From: Escherichia phage vB_EcoP_EcoN5
Sequence record: MN715356
Length of the DNA: 64,000 nt
Strand: one strand, 5' to 3'
Shown: piece after piece, positions 21,752 to 31,331 of the stretch
Layout of the letters: the number at the start of each line of letters is the position of its first letter
How positions within the stretch are numbered: the first letter of the stretch is position 1
The notes under the pieces: model-generated
Database searches by the model: none
Told to the model about the DNA's origin: nothing
The model's input: only the letters and a program-made list of their open reading frames with translations
Position numbers and translations under genes: made by a program

Positions 21752-22162
21752 TCATCGAATCACCAAAGGCTCTTCAGAGTACACAGGAGCGGCTATTTCT
21801 ACAGGAGGTGCTGCCCTAAGGTCATTAAGTCTTACGCCCTTCAGCATACCGTCTAGGTGGTCCTTTTTGGGAATTCCAACAGGGAAGTCATCAATCCAGA
21901 TATCTACAAAGAAACCTAACTGTCGACACACCTCATCCTTCTGCACACCATTACAAAAGATGACAGGGATTTGCAGGGTCTCTGCATCATGGAGGATATC
22001 CACGTTATCATAACCATTAGGCTCTGAGAAACGGAAAGTCACGAATCTTACATCATGTCCATGCCCTTTCATCAAGCCTATCACATCTCTCCACAGTCGT
22101 CTGTCTGCTGTGTAAGTGTCATCATAATCTAAACCAATATTCATGTCAAATCCTTTAGACAA
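21752..22162 (-). CDS. HAD-like hydrolase (possible nucleotidase)
   Basis: N-terminal 'IGLDYDDT' resembles the DxDxT motif of HAD phosphatases. Confidence 0.3.
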   Translation of the reverse strand: MSKGFDMNIGLDYDDTYTADRRLWRDVIGLMKGHGHDVRFVTFRFSEPNGYDNVDILHDAETLQIPVIFCNGVQKDEVCRQLGFFVDIWIDDFPVGIPKKDHLDGMLKGVRLNDLRAAPPVEIAAPVYSEEPLVIR

Positions 22163-22186
22163 GAAAAGCCGCCCGAAGGCAGCTTC
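22163..22186 (-). terminator. rho-independent terminator
   Basis: Imperfect 8-bp hairpin AAGCCGCC/GGCAGCTT followed on the minus strand by TTTTCTTGT. Confidence 0.4.
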
Positions 22187-22376
22187 TTATTTAACTGTTC
22201 ACTTTAGCTTCAAGTGTTTCGTTTTCAATACTCAAGTCAATCACTACACCAGTAAGCTCAACAACTGCTTGGCGAAGGGCATCTTTACCCATAGAATGTA
22301 CTTGAGATAAGAAGAAAGCTTTACCTTCTTCAGTGGATAGAGTTTCTTTTAATTCAGAAGCAGTCATTGATATTCC

Positions 22377-22571
22377 TTATGTTATGTTATAAATTCGCAT
22401 GATTGTACCGCCATTGGCTTCAATAGCAGCAACCATTTGGTTTCGTTCTTCATCCGTGTAAACTAACACACTTCTAAATTCACCTGTTGCGTCAGTATAA
22501 AGGATGTTATACTTCGGAGGTGGCTTACGGTAGATACCTTCCATCACTCTTTCTCCTCTCGTTCTTTCCAC
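22377..22571 (-). CDS. hypothetical protein
   Basis: Co-directional ORF. Confidence 0.35.
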   Translation of the reverse strand: MERTRGERVMEGIYRKPPPKYNILYTDATGEFRSVLVYTDEERNQMVAAIEANGGTIMRIYNIT

Positions 22572-22727
22572 AGTTCAGCAAGTTCTAAATAAAACTCAGC
22601 TTCATCAGGACGTCCTTGTTCATTACAGATGGCGCTCTGACGATAACACCAATCCGATGGCATCTCTTCCACTTCAATCTCCTTGTTACGAACTAATCAA
22701 TAAGAATAGTTCATTCGTCTTATTTAT

Positions 22728-22922
22728 TCACTCTGCCAAAGCAGGTACTTCTATCCTTTTGACTGTGAATGTCTTGTTTGGAAACTTTCGAACTAACTCT
22801 GCTGCTTTGGTTATTGCTAAGTTCTCTGTCTCAAAGATACATAGTTGACCGTTTAATGCTATAAGAGTGGAGCCACCACTGAAGATGGCCCAAGATTCAT
22901 AATAACCCTTAATACTCATCAC
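22728..22922 (-). CDS. hypothetical protein
   Basis: Co-directional ORF. Confidence 0.35.
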   Translation of the reverse strand: MMSIKGYYESWAIFSGGSTLIALNGQLCIFETENLAITKAAELVRKFPNKTFTVKRIEVPALAE

Positions 22923-23287
22923 TCAACCTCAATACTATATAGAGTTTTCAGTGTATTTTTAATCCAAGCCCGTCGTTTTGGATTCTTATGATGTGCCCCG
23001 TTGTCTCTATCTCTAAAATATTGATCACATCCGAAGGGATATGTTGGGTCAAAGAACTCTTCTTGATTAAACATATTCTTCATGTCGTCAATATCTAAAT
23101 GCTTTGTGAAATAATGATATCTCTTATAACAGCGGAAGTTGAAGCATAATCCTTGATCTTCACTAAACCATTTTGGATAAATTCCAGTCTTAGCTATTTC
23201 ATAATATTGGAGGAGGAAATCCTCCATCCCCCTCTCTTTAGCTAAACATCTCAATGTTCTGTAGATGATATTGGTTTCTTTCATCAC
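22919..23287 (-). CDS. hypothetical protein
   Basis: Co-directional ORF immediately upstream of polymerase gene. Confidence 0.4.
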   Translation of the reverse strand: MMKETNIIYRTLRCLAKERGMEDFLLQYYEIAKTGIYPKWFSEDQGLCFNFRCYKRYHYFTKHLDIDDMKNMFNQEEFFDPTYPFGCDQYFRDRDNGAHHKNPKRRAWIKNTLKTLYSIEVE

Positions 23288-23293
23288 TCACCT

Positions 23294-25138
23294 TTAGTGT
23301 GTATGCATCCAGTTAAGTCCAATCTGACAATCAGATGCCAGAGGACATTCCATGTTCAAATACTCACCAGCCTTCTTAACACAAAGCTCGGTGTGTTCTT
23401 TGAGTTTCTGTACATCATTACGGTTCACTGAGAACTGGCCCTCATCGTGCATATCAATTACTTTAGCACAACGAACTCCATCTTTCTCAATCCACTTGTT
23501 AAGGAACATCATAGCGTATTTCATAACAACAGCACCAGCGCATTGCAGGAGTGTGTTAAGGGCTTTATGAACCATAACCTTACCAGTGGCATCTCGTCTC
23601 ATTGTAATCTTACGACCATCAACACCAATCAAGTATCCTTGAGCAGCTTTCTCTGTCATACGATCAATGAGGATTGCAATACATGGGTTCTCTGCCAAGA
23701 ATCGTGCTCGCATCACTGAACCTTCGTCAGCCCCACCACCTACAATCGAACCAAGCTTAGCATCACCAGCACCATAGTTGAATGCGTAGATAAACGTCTT
23801 AGCATTGTCACGAGTAGGAAGACCAGCAAGTTTCTGGTTGTGGGAGTGGATATCACCTTCAAGGAGAATATCACGATACATAATAGCAGAAGCTAAACCA
23901 CGTTCTGCCAGAGCTTTCTTAGCTGGATTATTCTCTTCTATTGCTTCAGCAAGCATGTCCCTACACTCTTTAATGAGGTAGTGTGCAAGCATACGCAACT
24001 CTAACCCAGAACCATCATACCCCAAGAATACTTCTTTACCAGCGGGTATGTAATATTTGTAAGCACCTACAGGTTTGTCTTTCTTCCCCGGCTTACCTTT
24101 TTCATAAATTACGTTAGTACCTTTTCGTATATAACAACCATCAGGAACAACGTTAGTAATAACGAAAGGACGAGAGTGATCATCATCTGAGTTATAGTCA
24201 GATTCAAACAAACTGCGACACTCATGACCAAACAAACCACGGGAGGGAATATTAACCACGATACGATGTTTGAATCGAAAAGTCGGCGTAGCGCAGCTGT
24301 TAGCTTCTGCCGAAAGTTTACCATCTTCGCGCTCCTTTGCTATAAGTCCACTAATAAGACCTAGCCTGTGAGCCGCTACAACGCGTCTCTTAAGCAAACT
24401 TCCGACACTCCCTAGCTCACCCCCTAACCCTTCTTCAAGAGTCTCCTCGAGGTTTGTAGGAGCTGTAGGCCACTTGTTTGATGTAGCTAGTGCTATCTTA
24501 ATCTCATCAAAAGTGATAGGTCTACGTCGGTTAGGGTTTAAACCTAAACCAAATACATAAGCCTTCATGTAGTTCTTAGTTTTAAACCTAAAATGCTTCT
24601 CTAAGAACTTCCTAATATCAGCGTCAACCATCTCGGCTGTCTGCTTCTGTTTAGCATTACCTCGCATCCAAGCTGAATACCATGCTTGGTATGTTCCATA
24701 CTTTCGCATATCTTTCTTGATTTCAAAAGTATTCCAAGGTTTCTTTGATACATTAAACTCTGGAGGAAGAAAGCCCTCATCCATAAGGGCTTCTTTAACT
24801 CGTGCATCTTTCGATGGGTCAAAGTCTACGTATTCAACACAGGTGAATGCTCCACCAATATCTTCCCTCTTAAGGCCAACTCTATCGCAATAGGCTTGAG
24901 GCCACTTCTGTAAAGCTCCAGACTTCTTAAATGGCTTCATATAAGTAGAGCCATCTAATCTCATCTTAGGTAAGAGAGGAATCAGTTCTTTGTCAATATT
25001 AACAATAATCTCTTTAAGGAGGTGAACATACCACCGAGCATTTCTTCGGTTGAAACTCACTCCGTGCTTCGCTTGCTTAGAGATTATATCAGCGACAGTC
25101 ATCTCTGTCAAAAATGGGAGAGCGTCCGGGTTGCTCAC
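23294..25138 (-). CDS. family A DNA polymerase (polymerase domain only)
   Basis: Motif A 'LGYDGSGLELRMLAHY', motif B 'KTFIYAFNYGAG', motif C 'VIDMHDEGQF'; no exonuclease motifs in N-terminus. Confidence 0.8.
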   Translation of the reverse strand: MSNPDALPFLTEMTVADIISKQAKHGVSFNRRNARWYVHLLKEIIVNIDKELIPLLPKMRLDGSTYMKPFKKSGALQKWPQAYCDRVGLKREDIGGAFTCVEYVDFDPSKDARVKEALMDEGFLPPEFNVSKKPWNTFEIKKDMRKYGTYQAWYSAWMRGNAKQKQTAEMVDADIRKFLEKHFRFKTKNYMKAYVFGLGLNPNRRRPITFDEIKIALATSNKWPTAPTNLEETLEEGLGGELGSVGSLLKRRVVAAHRLGLISGLIAKEREDGKLSAEANSCATPTFRFKHRIVVNIPSRGLFGHECRSLFESDYNSDDDHSRPFVITNVVPDGCYIRKGTNVIYEKGKPGKKDKPVGAYKYYIPAGKEVFLGYDGSGLELRMLAHYLIKECRDMLAEAIEENNPAKKALAERGLASAIMYRDILLEGDIHSHNQKLAGLPTRDNAKTFIYAFNYGAGDAKLGSIVGGGADEGSVMRARFLAENPCIAILIDRMTEKAAQGYLIGVDGRKITMRRDATGKVMVHKALNTLLQCAGAVVMKYAMMFLNKWIEKDGVRCAKVIDMHDEGQFSVNRNDVQKLKEHTELCVKKAGEYLNMECPLASDCQIGLNWMHTH

Positions 25139-25154
25139 TTTATACTCCTTTAAA

Positions 25155-25568
25155 TTATTGGTAAATCAAATCCGTAAATGCTTGATTGTCTTCTATCACA
25201 TCTAAGGATGTAGAATCAACAGCGTATGTTCTCATTGCTGCATTTGTTTGTGCCCAAGTAGGTGGGGAGTAAGAAGACCTAACCTCACGAGGTTGCTCTC
25301 GTACTAGATGAGCCACAACTCTTTGGTTAGCGACCTCTTCTCTTTCTCGGATAGCTCTCTGGATGTAAGCCAACTTCATACCCCAAGCTTCTTCAAACTC
25401 TTGAGGGTGCTTATCACTGATAACTACATACTGACGTTCAGGGATACCAGATCGAATTTCTGATAAAAGTTCATGGAACAAGTCCAGTTCATGTTCAGTG
25501 AGATTCATTTCAATATCATCCCACTTGAGAACTAAGAAACGGTTTTGGTGTCTAGCTGGTAATGGCAT
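25155..25568 (-). CDS. hypothetical protein
   Basis: Co-directional ORF upstream of polymerase. Confidence 0.4.
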   Translation of the reverse strand: MPLPARHQNRFLVLKWDDIEMNLTEHELDLFHELLSEIRSGIPERQYVVISDKHPQEFEEAWGMKLAYIQRAIREREEVANQRVVAHLVREQPREVRSSYSPPTWAQTNAAMRTYAVDSTSLDVIEDNQAFTDLIYQ

Positions 25569-25731
25569 TCTACTCCACCTCTACTCTAACGTAAGTTCTC
25601 TCGCCAACATCATCTTTCCAGACCCATGACTTGGCATCTTCTTCAGACTTAAAAGCTTTCACAACGCTGTATCCACCTTCCCATTCATCACCAAACCAGC
25701 GCTGTCCTACGTAAACATATTCTTTCATTAT

Positions 25732-26007
25732 TTAACCTTTTGGGAATGGCATTAAAAATTCCATAGCAGATTTAATTTCATTATTGATTCGTGCATCTCG
25801 ATAAGAGATAAACTTACCTTTGCTATCACGTAACATTACATGAGTTCTAGCTGTTACGTGGGGAAGTAATGTAATACTAGTTGGGATTCTATCAATCCCT
25901 ACAGAACATCTGTCAATAGTTTTGCTTTCAGTTAACAAATAAGACCAAGTCTGCTCTGGATGGTTAGGGTATGTGTCTCGAATCTGAACCATAGCTAACT
26001 TATTCAT
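25732..26007 (-). CDS. hypothetical protein (paralog of 26009-26266)
   Basis: Shares 'GKFISY' and C-terminal 'PFPKG' with neighbour. Confidence 0.4.
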   Translation of the reverse strand: MNKLAMVQIRDTYPNHPEQTWSYLLTESKTIDRCSVGIDRIPTSITLLPHVTARTHVMLRDSKGKFISYRDARINNEIKSAMEFLMPFPKG

Positions 26008-26008
26008 A

Positions 26009-26266
26009 TTAAACTCCTTTAGGGAATGGGATGAGGTTTTCTACTGCAACACGGTACTCTTTCTCTACATCTTTATTCTTGTAGGAAATGAATTTACCAT
26101 CAGCACCACGGAGGATTACATTAGTACGAGCTGTTTTTGGGTTATGACCAATCTGGTTTGCAATGAGACTGACGTTGTGTTTAGTATTATGATTATTGGT
26201 GAATTTCCACTTAGCCAGACGGTTAGTCATTACATCAATGATAGTTACGGTTTTTACAATAGACAT
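26009..26266 (-). CDS. hypothetical protein (paralog of 25732-26007)
   Basis: Shares 'GKFISY' and 'PFPKG' with neighbour. Confidence 0.4.
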   Translation of the reverse strand: MSIVKTVTIIDVMTNRLAKWKFTNNHNTKHNVSLIANQIGHNPKTARTNVILRGADGKFISYKNKDVEKEYRVAVENLIPFPKGV

Positions 26267-26300
26267 ATTTGTTACCTAAGAAGTTTAGTTTGGTTTATAT

Positions 26301-26330
26301 AAAAGAAAAGGCCACCCATTTGGGTAGCCT
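26301..26330 (-). terminator. rho-independent terminator
   Basis: GGCTACCC-AAAT-GGGTGGCC hairpin followed on the minus strand by TTTTCTTTT. Confidence 0.45.
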
Positions 26331-26345
26331 CGTATTACGATGAGC

Positions 26346-26840
26346 TTAAAGCTCCTTTAAAGCATGGAGTATTGCTGTATGGCTCACGCCAAATAACTTA
26401 CCGAGACCTCTAGAGCCATAATCTCTAGAACCTTTTACATACATTTGTTTGATCTTTACAACATCTACAGATGATAGTTTGGTAGCTGCATTATGATCAC
26501 GAGATTTTCCAACATTCAAGCCCGTGTCGAATGCATGTCTCATGTTTTCAGAAGGAGTCACCCATTCAAGATTCTCTACCCTGTTATCAGATTTAATTCC
26601 ATTTATATGGTTTATCTCTGGATAGTTGTTAGGGTTTGGTATCAAATGTGTTGCTATAAGTCTGTGAGCCTTCCAATGCCTACCCTCGAAAAAGATGCCT
26701 ATATAACCTTTTCGGTTTATATGACCAGCCTCTTTGACGGGATGACTCTTGTTCCACTTACGACCTTTTTCTGTAGATGAAGTAAAGAAGAGCTTTCCAG
26801 ATTTTTCATCATAAGAAAGCCAACTTCTAATAGGAATCAC
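26346..26840 (-). CDS. HNH homing-type endonuclease
   Basis: 'INHINGIKSDNRVENLEWVTPSEN' HNH motif. Confidence 0.55.
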   Translation of the reverse strand: MIPIRSWLSYDEKSGKLFFTSSTEKGRKWNKSHPVKEAGHINRKGYIGIFFEGRHWKAHRLIATHLIPNPNNYPEINHINGIKSDNRVENLEWVTPSENMRHAFDTGLNVGKSRDHNAATKLSSVDVVKIKQMYVKGSRDYGSRGLGKLFGVSHTAILHALKEL

Positions 26841-27157
26841 TGACTCAGTGCCCCTTTTCGCTTAGCTGCTCCAGCCGCTTTTCCAGCTCGATCACCACTT
26901 TTGCCGCCGTTTGAACGGTTTGAGCTGACTGATTCAACACGTAAGTTGCTTGACGCATTAGAGCCTCCAGACTTGACAGCTCGTTTGTGTCCAACATCTT
27001 TACCTCTGACAGCAGCTTTTCCATCGCGCTTTTCAACGATGCGACGTGCACGGTGGCGCTGAGCATCTCCGCTCTTGCTCCCAACGCCTGTCTCACCACG
27101 GGCAATTGCGGTACGTCTTTCTTGTGCATAATCTCTCTTTCCTACATGGTCTGCCAT
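26837..27157 (-). CDS. basic low-complexity protein (KGG-repeat stress-protein-like)
   Basis: Gly/Lys/Arg-rich 106-aa ORF with repeated 'GKxGG/KSGG' units; chosen over overlapping frame 26845-27129. Confidence 0.35.
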   Translation of the reverse strand: MADHVGKRDYAQERRTAIARGETGVGSKSGDAQRHRARRIVEKRDGKAAVRGKDVGHKRAVKSGGSNASSNLRVESVSSNRSNGGKSGDRAGKAAGAAKRKGALSQ

Positions 27158-27193
27158 TTAGAACTCCTTAATATATCAGTGTACACTAAGGAG

Positions 27194-27202
27194 TATACAT
27201 TA
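27194..27202 (-). promoter_or_regulatory. candidate phage-sigma promoter element TAATGTATA
   Basis: Exact 9-mer on minus strand ~37 nt upstream of start codon at 27157. Confidence 0.3.
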
Positions 27203-27211
27203 TGGATGCTA

Positions 27212-27460
27212 TTAAAACTCTGCTAAGTATTTAATATCAGAGGCATATACCTCATCAAAGGAGATAACTTCCCCGTTGTAAAGAAGTTCTATCTTCAATA
27301 TACCAGAGCATTTGGTGTCTTTAGAATCAACCCTGATAGAGAGTTTATCAACTATCTGAGCTTTAATCTCTTCTATTACTGACTCTTGAGTATTACTCAC
27401 TCCACCCTCCCGGTGGAACAAAATCATCAGGAACGTCAATGATAGTAGGTTCTCCATCAT
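27212..27460 (-). CDS. hypothetical protein
   Basis: Co-directional ORF. Confidence 0.35.
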   Translation of the reverse strand: MMENLLSLTFLMILFHREGGVSNTQESVIEEIKAQIVDKLSIRVDSKDTKCSGILKIELLYNGEVISFDEVYASDIKYLAEF

Positions 27461-27574
27461 TCATGCAGGTGTCTTCATTGAACTCTTCACACTCAAAACA
27501 TGCTCGTTCGATATTTTTGTAGAAGTCGATGGTTGCTGAACCATCACCACAATCTCGGATAACTAAAGCGACTT

Positions 27575-28318
27575 TCATTTATCTTGTCCTTTTTCCATTG
27601 CTTTAACAATCGCCTTACAGAAACCAGAACGAACAATGTCATCTGATTCACCATCTACAATCTCAGCGAACTCATACAGATCATGTTCATCAATAAAGTT
27701 AGTAGCCCAAGTAAGACCACTCTCACGACCACGCATATCATGCTGGTTTGTATCACCCATACAGAACAATTGAGAGGTTTCTCCCAATCGAGTCATGATG
27801 GAGAAGGCTTCATCTTTAGTGGTGTTCTGGAACTCATCAACGATAACGATAGCATCATTGAAAGAACGACCACGGAGATATTCCAGAGGTACAAATTCAA
27901 TATTACTGTTACCAAGCTGGCATTCATAGAACCCCTTACCATATCGCTGAGTAATAACATCAATGATAGGCATCAGGTACGGTTCAAACTTCTCACGCAT
28001 TCCTCCCGGAAGTAACCCAAGAGAGTTGCCCATTCCGACCGAAGGTCGACTCAGGATGATCTTCTGAATCTTACCACTCTTCAGTGCATCAATAACCGTG
28101 GAAGTGATTACAAAGGTCTTACCACAGCCCGCAGGAGCGTCTGTGAACACAACTTGTTTAGTCTTGATAGCATTTAGTAGTTCAGACTGAAACTGGTTCT
28201 GAGGTACTACAGGCTTCGCTAAAACCACCTCTTCAAACTCTCGCTTACCTTTACGAGTGACAAGTGCTTCCCGACGAAGGTCTTTCCGTGATTCTTTCCG
28301 TGATTGACGACGACTCAT
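27575..28318 (-). CDS. phoH: PhoH-like ATPase
   Basis: Walker A 'DAPAGCGKTF' and 'IVIVDEFQNTT...MGDTNQ' PhoH signature. Confidence 0.75.
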   Translation of the reverse strand: MSRRQSRKESRKDLRREALVTRKGKREFEEVVLAKPVVPQNQFQSELLNAIKTKQVVFTDAPAGCGKTFVITSTVIDALKSGKIQKIILSRPSVGMGNSLGLLPGGMREKFEPYLMPIIDVITQRYGKGFYECQLGNSNIEFVPLEYLRGRSFNDAIVIVDEFQNTTKDEAFSIMTRLGETSQLFCMGDTNQHDMRGRESGLTWATNFIDEHDLYEFAEIVDGESDDIVRSGFCKAIVKAMEKGQDK

Positions 28319-28512
28319 TTACGCTCTCCAATTTCTTCGTAATGACATTCAGTAGTTAAACAATCTTTACAGATTGCTGTATAAACCCTGACGTTAGTAA
28401 ATCGTTTGTTCTTCCCTTTGGTTGGAGAGCCTTTGGCAAGCTCTCTGATAACCTTGTTACTTAAATGAAGGTTTGTCCCTTCACATTTAGAGCACTTCAC
28501 CACAATGTCCAT
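28315..28512 (-). CDS. zinc-ribbon protein
   Basis: 'CSKCEG...CKDC' Cys pairs; 4-nt overlap with phoH. Confidence 0.4.
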   Translation of the reverse strand: MDIVVKCSKCEGTNLHLSNKVIRELAKGSPTKGKNKRFTNVRVYTAICKDCLTTECHYEEIGERK

Positions 28513-28697
28513 TCAGTAAGAGACCACAGAGAGTCACCTATGTTGGCATTGTCATTCCTGATGAGGTCTTTGATTTTATCAACATCAGTCAAGTGAGTCA
28601 CATTCAAAACATCCTCAACATCCGGGGCATATTTAAATATGGCAACAATACTGTTGAGATCTTCAGCATATCTTTCTAGAACATAAACTGAACTCAT
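28497..28697 (-). CDS. hypothetical protein
   Basis: Co-directional ORF. Confidence 0.35.
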   Translation of the reverse strand: MSSVYVLERYAEDLNSIVAIFKYAPDVEDVLNVTHLTDVDKIKDLIRNDNANIGDSLWSLTEWTLW

Positions 28698-28900
28698 AAA
28701 GCATTAACCTCTCTAAGATACCACCACTCATCCTCAACACCTTTACGACCTCCGCCATTCATAACCCAACGCATCATGTCATCAGATATTCCAAAAGGTT
28801 TAAGTTTTGCATAGTTAGGCTTTTCTAAGAACACAGCTTCAAAATACTCACCATCTTGATCATACTGGTTGATTTCTCTTGTTAGTACCCATACTTTCAT
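28694..28900 (-). CDS. hypothetical protein
   Basis: Co-directional ORF. Confidence 0.35.
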   Translation of the reverse strand: MKVWVLTREINQYDQDGEYFEAVFLEKPNYAKLKPFGISDDMMRWVMNGGGRKGVEDEWWYLREVNAL

Positions 28901-29216
28901 GACTCTTCTCTTTATGAAGTCTATAAACAGCTGTCGCTATACAAGCAACAGCTTCATTATGCGGGAGATGCATACCTGTAGAACCATCCCAATCTTTGAA
29001 CTCGTTGTCAAAAACTCCGGTAGGTTCTGGATAGAGGGCTTGCAACTCAACCAAATCGTTAGCAACTTGTTGCCATTTATCATCAGACCAGATAGGGTCA
29101 TCCAACCAGTAATACAAATAGGAATGGATGATCAATTGCCTTCTATGCCGATTGATTACTTCAGCGGGACTTATCTCATTTCCATTTGAAGTCCTAAATG
29201 TATTACTGTCAATCAT
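28860..29216 (-). CDS. hypothetical protein
   Basis: Co-directional ORF. Confidence 0.35.
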   Translation of the reverse strand: MIDSNTFRTSNGNEISPAEVINRHRRQLIIHSYLYYWLDDPIWSDDKWQQVANDLVELQALYPEPTGVFDNEFKDWDGSTGMHLPHNEAVACIATAVYRLHKEKSHESMGTNKRNQPV

Positions 29217-29467
29217 TTAACAACCTTAAATTTGAATGTTGTTGGGTGATAATAATGCAACCTGTTAATGGTGTGCTTTGTTTCAAGGTATATCCTGCAA
29301 GAGTGACACATGACATGAGTCAGACCAGTTACAGGATTAGGTTTAAAGTTAGCGACAGGTTTCTCTTTCTTACAGAAGCTACATACTTTCTTTTCCATCT
29401 TTTCTCCAGTGGTCAACGAATTGCTGAAACACTCTATGGTCGAATGTGAAACTTCGAGCAATCCCAC
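29213..29467 (-). CDS. zinc-finger protein
   Basis: 'CSFCKK...CHSCR' Cys pairs. Confidence 0.35.
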   Translation of the reverse strand: MGLLEVSHSTIECFSNSLTTGEKMEKKVCSFCKKEKPVANFKPNPVTGLTHVMCHSCRIYLETKHTINRLHYYHPTTFKFKVVK

Positions 29468-29612
29468 ACTCCACGAAAGTAGAAGGCATATAGTCTACAT
29501 CATCTTTAGATGTATGACCATAAACTTGAATAAGCTTTTTAATCTTATCCTTCTCTCTTCGAGGAAGCATCCTAAATGCCTCCTGAATATCTGTAATGTG
29601 TTTGATTTTCAT
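29379..29612 (-). CDS. hypothetical protein
   Basis: Co-directional ORF; overlaps 29213-29467 in another frame, start may be downstream. Confidence 0.3.
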   Translation of the reverse strand: MKIKHITDIQEAFRMLPRREKDKIKKLIQVYGHTSKDDVDYMPSTFVECGIARSFTFDHRVFQQFVDHWRKDGKESM

Positions 29613-29761
29613 CAGAAATTCCTGCTAATCCTCTGAGTTGTGGGAACAGCAATATTCACATACTCCACAACAAGGGCAAATTTCTACACTTGGGTCGTAT
29701 GCATCATCAACTGTCATCCCACACTTAGTGCAGAACACATCATCATCATCTTCTTCCAATA

Positions 29762-30418
29762 TTAACTCTCCAAAGTTTTCTTCAGGGCTGCCCATGAGAT
29801 TGGGTAGATCTTAGCCATCTCTTCATCCAGAGATTGGGCAAATACTCGAACTTCATATTGAGCATGAGAGGAGAGTCGCTGACGACACAACTCAAACCAG
29901 CCATATAAAGAACCAGTCCACACCCACTCAGTGATCATTCCCTGAGGAAGAACAAATCGGGCTTGCTCTGGTGCAACGAATTCGATCAACTTGTCATATG
30001 CTGCTAGAGAAGCTTCATATGCATCATTAATCAACATTAATGCTTCAGCTCGCTCTCCATCGATGAGTTGAACCCCTGAACCTGCATGGAGGTCCGAAGG
30101 TCTCGCAAAAATCTCTTTAGGGATGAAGACTTCAACTGCTCCATCTTTATACCGCCGGGACATTTCGTTCCACGAGAATCCAACCTGATGCTTGCCCAAC
30201 TGTCTCGCAATTGCGATAGGTGCTTTGCATCGGAAACTGACTTGCGGGTGTCGGAATGGGGTAACATGCTTCTCTCTTGCGAGGAAGTTGATGAGACGTT
30301 CATCACGTTCATTTAAATCACCTTCACGGGTTACGCCAAAGGAAACTCGAGCTGCGTTTACTACGCTACGATCACTTCCCATAGCTTCGATTAATGTTGC
30401 TTGTAATTGTTCATTCAT
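29762..30418 (-). CDS. thyX: flavin-dependent thymidylate synthase (ThyX)
   Basis: 'FRHPQ...SRRY' (RHR/SxRY-type motif) and C-terminal 'RFVLPQGMITEWVWTGSLYGWFELCRQRLSSHAQYEVR' resemble ThyX. Confidence 0.6.
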   Translation of the reverse strand: MNEQLQATLIEAMGSDRSVVNAARVSFGVTREGDLNERDERLINFLAREKHVTPFRHPQVSFRCKAPIAIARQLGKHQVGFSWNEMSRRYKDGAVEVFIPKEIFARPSDLHAGSGVQLIDGERAEALMLINDAYEASLAAYDKLIEFVAPEQARFVLPQGMITEWVWTGSLYGWFELCRQRLSSHAQYEVRVFAQSLDEEMAKIYPISWAALKKTLES

Positions 30419-30433
30419 CCGTGAATTTCCTTA

Positions 30434-30643
30434 TTAATATTCTTTTACATAATAAACCACTAAGGTTCCCTTCTCTGACAATGTTGATTTATGTAAGCTT
30501 ACTTTACTATAAATCTTTGGAGCCATCTTAAGAGCCTTCTTAAAACGGCGAGCATCTTTACGAGTAGCAAAGTGCTCTGTAACAGGTATAGCCGGGTCTT
30601 GGTAGAGGTAATATACCACCGTCCAATATTTTTTCATAATCAA
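30434..30643 (-). CDS. hypothetical protein (paralog family with 32290-32499 and 32499-32708)
   Basis: Shared pattern 'TRK.AR..KK..K.......S.H' among three ~69-aa ORFs. Confidence 0.4.
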   Translation of the reverse strand: MIMKKYWTVVYYLYQDPAIPVTEHFATRKDARRFKKALKMAPKIYSKVSLHKSTLSEKGTLVVYYVKEY

Positions 30644-30912
30644 ACACCTAGGGCAGTAGTTAAGAATGCTTTCAGGTTTGCTTCAGTCTGCATACCAGAG
30701 AGGCTATAGTGTGCACCACTATTACGGTCAGGTACAACGAAAGCAGGAATGCTTCGTACACCATACTTAATAGCTTGCTCACGACCATCGCCTTCAAGAA
30801 TATTGATCTCTTCCACTTCTACATCAAACTCCTTAACAACCTTCTCAAAGGTAGGAGCCATTGCTTTACATGGAGCACACTGATTACTATAAAACTTAAT
30901 TACTTTAGACAT
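30640..30912 (-). CDS. thioredoxin
   Basis: Active-site 'NQCAPCK' (CxxC) in 90-aa thioredoxin-sized ORF. Confidence 0.65.
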   Translation of the reverse strand: MSKVIKFYSNQCAPCKAMAPTFEKVVKEFDVEVEEINILEGDGREQAIKYGVRSIPAFVVPDRNSGAHYSLSGMQTEANLKAFLTTALGV

Positions 30913-31092
30913 TAATAACCCTCGTTAACAAATTCTTTAAGGTGTCGTTCTGTGGTAGGGATTACAATGTAATCTTTGTACCCTTGAGCTTTGGCTAAAT
31001 CCTCAGCTATCTTTTTAGTAGCACCCAATGCCATCACACACTGACAAACAATCACCGTGTGGGCTTTATATTCGTCCTTCATTTAAGAACCT

Positions 31093-31272
31093 TATGCAGT
31101 CAGGAGGTGAAGCAGGAATGGGATAACAACAGCTACGATAACCATGATAGTTGATGCTGTTTGAATCTCACCTTTCTTGTCAGGGGTTTCTTCAATAAGC
31201 TTACCAGAAGCCCAATAAATACCACCACCAATAAAGATAGCCCAAATACCCCATACGATTGCTGATAACATA
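31093..31272 (-). CDS. small two-TM membrane protein (holin-like?)
   Basis: Hand-translated 59-aa ORF (below track cutoff) with two hydrophobic helices; preferred over overlapping track ORF 31133-31432. Confidence 0.3.
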
Positions 31273-31331
31273 TATCTATATCCTTATAAACAAGTTCGCC
31301 CCACCTCGGGTTAGGAGACAGGGCGTAGGTT

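Noticed and set aside
26845-27129. 94-aa ORF overlapping 26837-27157 in another frame on the same strand
   Set aside because: Only one frame can be the gene. The 106-aa frame starts closer to the upstream promoter-like motif and has KGG-repeat character; the choice remains uncertain.
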